DNA of 60,720 nucleotides from a virus (Duplodnaviria; Caudoviricetes): IMG/VR virus record IMGVR_UViG_3300009168_000011, positions 1 to 60,720 of that record; one strand, 5' to 3'. Shown piece by piece: positions 55,348 to 60,720 of this stretch (position 1 is its first letter; each line of letters starts with the position of its first letter). The notes under the pieces were generated by a model. It saw only the letters and a program-made list of their open reading frames with translations, ran no database searches and was not told where the DNA came from. The position numbers and the translations under genes were made by a program.

Positions 55348-57353
55348 TCAAGCTGCCGCGCCTGCTCTCCCTCGACGTGGAGACTGCCCCCGCCGATAAC
55401 CTTCCACACACCGACGATCCCAAGGGCTACGCCCTTGAGCCCTGCCGGTTGCGAAGCGGGCAGGCGCAGCTACTGTCCATCGCCTGTGCCTTCGGCATCG
55501 GCAAGCGGGATGTTGTCGGCTTCTACAAGCCGAACAAGGCCAAGGTCGCTGCCCTCCTGCAGGGTGCCGTCGACACTGACACCATCGTCGTCGCATGGAA
55601 CAGCACCTTCGATGTCGCATGGCTGATCGCGATGGGCCTGCGTGACTTGGCGTACAAGGTGAAGTGGCTCGACGGCATGCTGCTCCGCCGCCATGCCCAC
55701 AACCAGATGAACATGACCGGGCACAAGCCGGTGTCGCTGGGCCTCAAAGCCTGCGTCGAGGAGAAGTACCCCGGCCACGGCAACTACGGTGCCGAGCTTG
55801 CCCCGTTCATCGGCGACATGCGCCGGGCCGAGCCGTACAAGGTGATCCGCTACAACTGCGAGGATGCCCGCTACACGTGGGACCTAGCGCAGTTCTACTG
55901 GTCGCAGCTGTCGCGCGAACAGCAGCGGCTTGCCGCGCTCGAAGGCGTGTCGATCCCGATGTTTGCCGAGTGCCTCGTCGAGGGTATCGACGTCGATCCC
56001 GAGCATGCCAAGGCGATGCACGATAGCGTCGAGGATGACATGAAGATGGCGCTGGTCAGCTTCTCGCTGGCGGTCAACCGCCCCATCACCTCCGACGTGC
56101 TGTCGTCCACTGATCAACTCGCTGTCCTGCTGCAGGAAGTGGGCGTCCCGCTCGAACGCCGCACGTCCACCGGCAAGCTGTCGGTCGATGCCGCCACGCT
56201 GGCACCGCTGGCCAAGGACTTCCCGATCATCGAGCACGCGCTGCGCTGGCGCGGCGCGCACAAGCTGCGCTCGACCTACACCGGCCCGGTTGCCGAGGCG
56301 TCGGCCTACAACCCGGACGGGCGCGTGCGTCCGCAGGGCCGCATGTTCGGCACCTACACTGGCCGACTGACTTTCAGTTCAACCAACAAGGTGCGCGAGC
56401 CGGGGGTGAGGGCGGGCTCGACCCGCTACGCCACGGTGCAGGTCGGCGTGCCGATCCACCAGTGGCCGCACCTGTCCATGGTGCGCGACATCATGGTCGC
56501 ACCGCCGGGGATGACCATCCTTGAGGCCGACTTCAAGGGGCAGGAGTACCGGTGGATGGCCGAGTACTCACGTGACACCCAGATGATCCGATGCTGCGAG
56601 CCGGACATCGACGCGCACACGGTGATGGGGGCGGCGATCCAAGCCATGGGCTACGACGCGCTGGTGCGCCTGCTGGAGAGCGATGACCGTGCGATCCGGG
56701 AGCACGCCGAGAGTATGCGCAAGATGGGCAAGGTCGGCAACCTCGCCTGCCAGTACCGCATCGGAGTTCCTACTTTGCGTGACCGGGCCGAGGCAGACTA
56801 TGGCGTGGTGCTGACCGAGGCCGAGGCAGCCAAGCTGCGCGAGAGCTACAAGCAGATGTACCGGGCGGTGCCCCGCTACTGGAAGCGGTCGATCCAGACG
56901 CTGATCAACGATGGCTGGGTCACCACCTTCGGCGGTCGCCGCATCCACCCACCCAAGGGGATGCTCCCGGCGCTGGCTAACCACAACTCGCTGCGCCGTG
57001 GCATGAAGAACGTAGCAGGTGGCAATGCCGAGGCGGACCTGCAGCGCTGGCAGTTCGAGCAGACCGGCATCAACGGCCCGATCCAAGGCAGCGGTGCCGA
57101 CCAGAAGTACCTAGCTCTGGCGATAGCCAGAGACTACATCCTGTCCATTGGTGGGCGGCTATGGTTGGACCTGCATGATGGCCTGTACTTTCTCGTGCCC
57201 GACGCGGTTGCCAAGCAGGCAGCCCATGACATCCATGACATGCTGTCCAACCTGCCATACGAGCAGGTGTGGGGCAGGAAGCCGGTCGTCGATTTCCCGG
57301 TCGAGGTCAAGCTCGGCAAGAAGTGGGGACAGCTTGAGAAGGTGCTCGGATGA
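55344..57353 (+). CDS. polA: family A DNA polymerase
   Basis: Exonuclease motifs LDVET, NSTFD, YNCED; TGRL; motifs A (ADFKGQEYR), B (RKMGKVGNL..QY) and C (LHDG). Confidence 0.92.
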   Translation: MIKLPRLLSLDVETAPADNLPHTDDPKGYALEPCRLRSGQAQLLSIACAFGIGKRDVVGFYKPNKAKVAALLQGAVDTDTIVVAWNSTFDVAWLIAMGLRDLAYKVKWLDGMLLRRHAHNQMNMTGHKPVSLGLKACVEEKYPGHGNYGAELAPFIGDMRRAEPYKVIRYNCEDARYTWDLAQFYWSQLSREQQRLAALEGVSIPMFAECLVEGIDVDPEHAKAMHDSVEDDMKMALVSFSLAVNRPITSDVLSSTDQLAVLLQEVGVPLERRTSTGKLSVDAATLAPLAKDFPIIEHALRWRGAHKLRSTYTGPVAEASAYNPDGRVRPQGRMFGTYTGRLTFSSTNKVREPGVRAGSTRYATVQVGVPIHQWPHLSMVRDIMVAPPGMTILEADFKGQEYRWMAEYSRDTQMIRCCEPDIDAHTVMGAAIQAMGYDALVRLLESDDRAIREHAESMRKMGKVGNLACQYRIGVPTLRDRAEADYGVVLTEAEAAKLRESYKQMYRAVPRYWKRSIQTLINDGWVTTFGGRRIHPPKGMLPALANHNSLRRGMKNVAGGNAEADLQRWQFEQTGINGPIQGSGADQKYLALAIARDYILSIGGRLWLDLHDGLYFLVPDAVAKQAAHDIHDMLSNLPYEQVWGRKPVVDFPVEVKLGKKWGQLEKVLG

Positions 57354-57706
57354 TGGGCGGGGGGATGCAGCAAATGGCGAACGCGGTGCTTGGGGGCACC
57401 ATCACGGGACAGATGCGGGCAACGAAGGTCGACCCGATGTCCGGCATCATCGGCGCAGCCGACTTCACCTCGACCCTGACCCACCTCAACGCCGATCTGA
57501 ATAGGATGCAGGCTGACCTCTCCTCCATGCAGGCTGCGCTGCGCGACATGGGCGGGCACCAGTCCATGCTGCTGGGGTATATCCACTACCTCAACCCGGA
57601 CAATGGCCAGCGTCCCGACAACCCCATGAACTACGCTGAGTGGAGCAGGCTGCAGCAGGTGAGCGACGTGATCAACGCAGCCAAGGAACGAGCAGGGGAA
57701 GTATGA
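57350..57706 (+). CDS. coiled-coil protein, paralog A
   Basis: Shares YIxYLNP..G.RP.NPM.YA.W..LQ.V with the next ORF. Confidence 0.7.
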   Translation: MMGGGMQQMANAVLGGTITGQMRATKVDPMSGIIGAADFTSTLTHLNADLNRMQADLSSMQAALRDMGGHQSMLLGYIHYLNPDNGQRPDNPMNYAEWSRLQQVSDVINAAKERAGEV

Positions 57707-58008
57707 ACGACTACGATCTTCACACCATATCCGGGTCCGTCCAGATGCCCCAAGTCTCGCGCGCCATCTCTACGCTGCAGCAGGACGTGCGCAACCAGCA
57801 TGCCATGATCACGACCCTGCAGTCAGACACCCTCGCCCTGCGTGCGCAGATGGCCCACGAGATGGCAGTGCAGCAGGTGCTGCTGTTGTACATCGAGTAC
57901 CTTAACCCGCCGGACGGCAAGCGTCCGCGCAACCCCATGTCCTACGCCGATTGGCTCAAGCTGCAGGGGGTGAACGAACAGATACTGGCAGCGAGGGCCG
58001 CCGCATGA
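57703..58008 (+). CDS. coiled-coil protein, paralog B
   Basis: ATGA overlap; same motif as paralog A. Confidence 0.7.
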   Translation: MNDYDLHTISGSVQMPQVSRAISTLQQDVRNQHAMITTLQSDTLALRAQMAHEMAVQQVLLLYIEYLNPPDGKRPRNPMSYADWLKLQGVNEQILAARAAA

Positions 58009-58490
58009 CCGTCGCCATCTACGACAGCCTGACGCTGGTCACCGATAGCATGACCTCGTGGGGCAACATGCCGCTGGAGACAGGCTTCAGGAAGGCGGTG
58101 ATCTGCGGCAGTTGGGTGATCGTGCTGGCCGGTGATCTGCCCGCTATCCTGCCCCTCAGGGCGGCACTGTCGGGCATGCGGTTCGGACCGGACGAGCTAC
58201 CGTTCCTGCCCTACGCGCACCCCGACGACAGCAAGTGGGAGGCGCTAGCCATCGGGCCTGATCGCGTGTGCTGGTACTGCAAGACGCCGTTCCCCTGCGA
58301 ACTGGACATGCCAATCAGCGGCATCGGCTCGGGCATGGACCTCGCCCTTGGTGCCGTGGCTGCGGGTGCCAACTCACTGACAGCCGCGCGCATAGCAGCG
58401 CAGTATGACACGCAGTGCCGCCCGCCCTTCTACGAATATACCTACGTCCGCAAAGCCGGAAGCTGGAAAGAGGACCGCCATGACGCGTGA
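58005..58490 (+). CDS. HslV/proteasome-beta-like Ntn hydrolase
   Basis: MT start, TDS, K, AGD, IGSG..ALGA...G.....A...A...D. Confidence 0.7.
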   Translation: MTVAIYDSLTLVTDSMTSWGNMPLETGFRKAVICGSWVIVLAGDLPAILPLRAALSGMRFGPDELPFLPYAHPDDSKWEALAIGPDRVCWYCKTPFPCELDMPISGIGSGMDLALGAVAAGANSLTAARIAAQYDTQCRPPFYEYTYVRKAGSWKEDRHDA

Positions 58491-59172
58491 GATGCCAGCA
58501 TGGTCCTACTCAGCGCTGACCGCGTTCGAGGACTGCCCGAGGCGGTACTACGAGACGAAGGTCTCCAAGCGGCACAAGGAAACCTACAGCCCGCAGCTGT
58601 CGCATGGCCTCAACTTCCACCACGCTGCCGAGGACACACTCAAGAACCGGGTGCCGATGCCCGAGGCGCTCAAGCACTACGCACCCGTGGTCGGTGTCAT
58701 CCAGAGCGCAGCAGACAAGCCCGGCGCGACGCTCGACGTGGAGCGGAGGATGGCACTCGATGCGCACCTCGTGCCAGTACCCTACTTCGACCGTAGTGTA
58801 TGGGTCCGGGCAGTCACCGACTTCGCCGTCACCTCGCCGAGTGGCAGGAGCGTACTGGCCGGTGACTGGAAGACCGGTAAGGAGCGACCCGCCTCCGCGC
58901 AGTTGATGCTTACGGCGGCGGTGCTGTTCGCGACCGAGCCGGTGGTCGACAAGGTGACCACCTCGTTCATCTGGCTGCAGACCGGCAACGTCAGCAAGGA
59001 GACCTTCCATCGGCCCGACGTACCGACCATCTGGAACTCGTTCAACCCGCGCGTGCAGCGCATGCGTGCAGCGTTCGCGGCTGATGATTTCCCGCCCCGT
59101 CCGTCCGGCCTGTGCCGCAACCACTGCCCCGTCGTCAGCTGCCCGATGAACGGGCATCACGTGGCGTCATGA
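58480..59172 (+). CDS. Cas4-like PD-(D/E)XK exonuclease
   Basis: WSYS.L..F..CPR, DWKTGK, QL, LC..HCPV..C. Confidence 0.85.
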   Translation: MTREMPAWSYSALTAFEDCPRRYYETKVSKRHKETYSPQLSHGLNFHHAAEDTLKNRVPMPEALKHYAPVVGVIQSAADKPGATLDVERRMALDAHLVPVPYFDRSVWVRAVTDFAVTSPSGRSVLAGDWKTGKERPASAQLMLTAAVLFATEPVVDKVTTSFIWLQTGNVSKETFHRPDVPTIWNSFNPRVQRMRAAFAADDFPPRPSGLCRNHCPVVSCPMNGHHVAS

Positions 59173-59546
59173 GCGAGACACCAGAGGGCCGGGTTAAGCG
59201 GTTCATCAAGGATTATCTGAAGGGTCTGGGGTGTATCTGGGTTTACAGCCCGGTACAATTAGGCTATGGTGCCGTTGGCATCCCGGACTTGGTTGGTTGC
59301 AGGGAAGGCCGCATGTTTGCAATCGAGGTCAAGGCACCCACCAGAGGGAGCCGAGTGACCCCGCTGCAGAGACTGACGCTAGATGCGATTGCCGCATCCG
59401 GCGGGCTGACCTGTGTCGCTACGTGCGTGCAGGACGTAGAGGATATGTTTGAATATGCTGGTCCATGGGGAAACGAAACAGATTGTACTGAACCTGCGCA
59501 ACCCGGAGATGGTGACGACGGTCATCCCGACCGCGCGCAAGTTTGA
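59169..59546 (+). CDS. VRR-NUC nuclease
   Basis: PEGRVK, GIPDL, IEVKA, TPLQ. Confidence 0.85.
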   Translation: MSETPEGRVKRFIKDYLKGLGCIWVYSPVQLGYGAVGIPDLVGCREGRMFAIEVKAPTRGSRVTPLQRLTLDAIAASGGLTCVATCVQDVEDMFEYAGPWGNETDCTEPAQPGDGDDGHPDRAQV

Positions 59547-60720
59547 CCTGCTTGACACACCACTGGTTGCAGTGCGGCACGGGCTCGACGAGGTCAAGGT
59601 GCTGCGCAACCTCGGCATCGATGCTCCGTCCCCGATCCTGACGCAGTATGACTGGCCGGGCCGGTTCACCCCGTTCGACCACCAGCGTGAGACCGCTGCC
59701 TTCCTGACCCTCAATGACAAGGCGTTCGTGCTGCTCGACATCGGGCTCGGCAAGACGCTCGCCGCGCTGTGGACGTTCCACTATCTCAAGTCCATCGGCA
59801 AGGCCAAGAAGATGATCGTGCTCGCCTCGCTGTCGACGCTGGAGCGGGCGTGGGCCGACGAGATTTTCCGCAACTTCTTCGACCTCAAGTTCGTGGTGCT
59901 GCACGGCAGCAAGGCACGCCGGATCAGGCTGCTCGAAAAGGTTGACCATGACATCGCCATCATCAATCACCACGGTGCCAAGGTCATCCTCCACGAATTG
60001 ATCGAGGCTGGCTACGACGTGGTGTGCGTTGACGAGATCGCCACCTTCCGCAACGCGCAGTCCGGTCTGTGGAAGGCGCTGCGCTCGCTGTGTGCACCGC
60101 CCCACGTCAAGCGCATCTGGGGCCTGACCGGCAAGCCCACCCCCAACGATCCGACCGATGCATGGGCGCAGTGTCGCATCATCGCACCGGACCGGGTGCC
60201 GCGTTACTTCAACCAGTTCCGCGCAATGGTCATGCAGCAGGTTGGCCCGTTCGCGTGGCTCCCGCGCAGGGAGGCACCGGAGATTGTCAGCAAGGCGATG
60301 CAGCCTGCCATCCACCACCGCCGTGACGACTGCCTCGACCTGCCGCCGTGCCTGTACATCACCCGCGAGGTGCCGATGGAGAAGGAGCAGGTGCAGGCGT
60401 ACGAAACGATGAAGCGGCACATGGTGATCGAAGCCAAGGAGGGGAAGATCATCGCCCTCAACGAGGGTGTCAAGCTGTCCAAGCTGCTGCAGATTGCCTG
60501 TGGTGCAGCCTACTCCGACGGCACCGTTGTCGTGTATGAGCCCGGCCTCGAACGCCGGATCGACGAGATCGAACTGCTGGCATCGGAGGCGGCGGGCAAG
60601 GTCATTGTCTTCGTGCCGTTCCTGTCTGTCCTTGGAGAGGTCGCCGAGCGGCTGCGCAAGCGGGGACACTTCGTCGAGCAGGTGTCGGGCGAGACCAGCA
60701 AGACCGAGCGCGACCGTATC
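59455..60720 (+). CDS. SNF2-family helicase, N-terminal part (continues into 1..420)
   Basis: Manual translation MLVHGETKQ... shows DIGLGKT (motif I), VCVDE (motif II) and GLTGKPTPN (motif III). Not in the ORF track because it runs off the end. Confidence 0.9.
   Translation, partial: MLVHGETKQIVLNLRNPEMVTTVIPTARKFDLLDTPLVAVRHGLDEVKVLRNLGIDAPSPILTQYDWPGRFTPFDHQRETAAFLTLNDKAFVLLDIGLGKTLAALWTFHYLKSIGKAKKMIVLASLSTLERAWADEIFRNFFDLKFVVLHGSKARRIRLLEKVDHDIAIINHHGAKVILHELIEAGYDVVCVDEIATFRNAQSGLWKALRSLCAPPHVKRIWGLTGKPTPNDPTDAWAQCRIIAPDRVPRYFNQFRAMVMQQVGPFAWLPRREAPEIVSKAMQPAIHHRRDDCLDLPPCLYITREVPMEKEQVQAYETMKRHMVIEAKEGKIIALNEGVKLSKLLQIACGAAYSDGTVVVYEPGLERRIDEIELLASEAAGKVIVFVPFLSVLGEVAERLRKRGHFVEQVSGETSKTERDRI
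60598..60720. repeat. 123-bp terminal overlap identical to nt 1-123 (circular assembly)
   Basis: AAGGTCATTGTC...GACCGTATC occurs at both ends, and the helicase reading frame continues across the join. Confidence 0.97.

Noticed and set aside
58480-59172. Cas4-like gene as part of a CRISPR-Cas system
   Set aside because: No repeat-spacer array or other cas genes; a stand-alone nuclease is normal in phage replication modules.
60598-60720. Terminal repeat as a biological direct terminal repeat
   Set aside because: It falls mid-helicase and is best explained as assembler overlap of a circular contig.

Overview
A complete circularly assembled genome of a GC-rich tailed phage. The last 123 nt repeat nt 1-123, giving a 60,597-bp circle, and an SNF2-type helicase gene spans the join. 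The virion genes look podovirus-like. Promoter shape weakly suggests an alphaproteobacterial host. Modules: (1) replication on + (family A DNA polymerase, HslV-like protease, Cas4/PD-(D/E)XK nuclease, VRR-NUC, SNF2 helicase, SSB, HTH protein, primase-helicase); (2) morphogenesis, mostly on - (portal, TerL, capsid, adaptors, fibres, nozzle, GNAT, ejection proteins and a 3,095-aa polyvalent protein), with the scaffold block inverted; (3) an early region on + with a MoxR-type AAA ATPase, a vWA-metallopeptidase and many small ORFs; (4) a displaced tail-fibre module. I see no integrase, tRNA, CRISPR array or recognisable endolysin. The most unusual features are an accessory cassette (52.7-55.3 kb) encoding two signal-peptide-bearing Ser/Gln/Asn-rich proteins that resemble functional amyloid subunits, with structured intergenic RNAs; seven dispersed copies of a 21-bp semi-palindrome; several candidate structured ncRNAs; five single-pass membrane micropeptides; and an internal twin-arginine-like motif plus an array of QLxL motifs in the giant virion protein. 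All calls come from reading motifs by eye; no searches were run.
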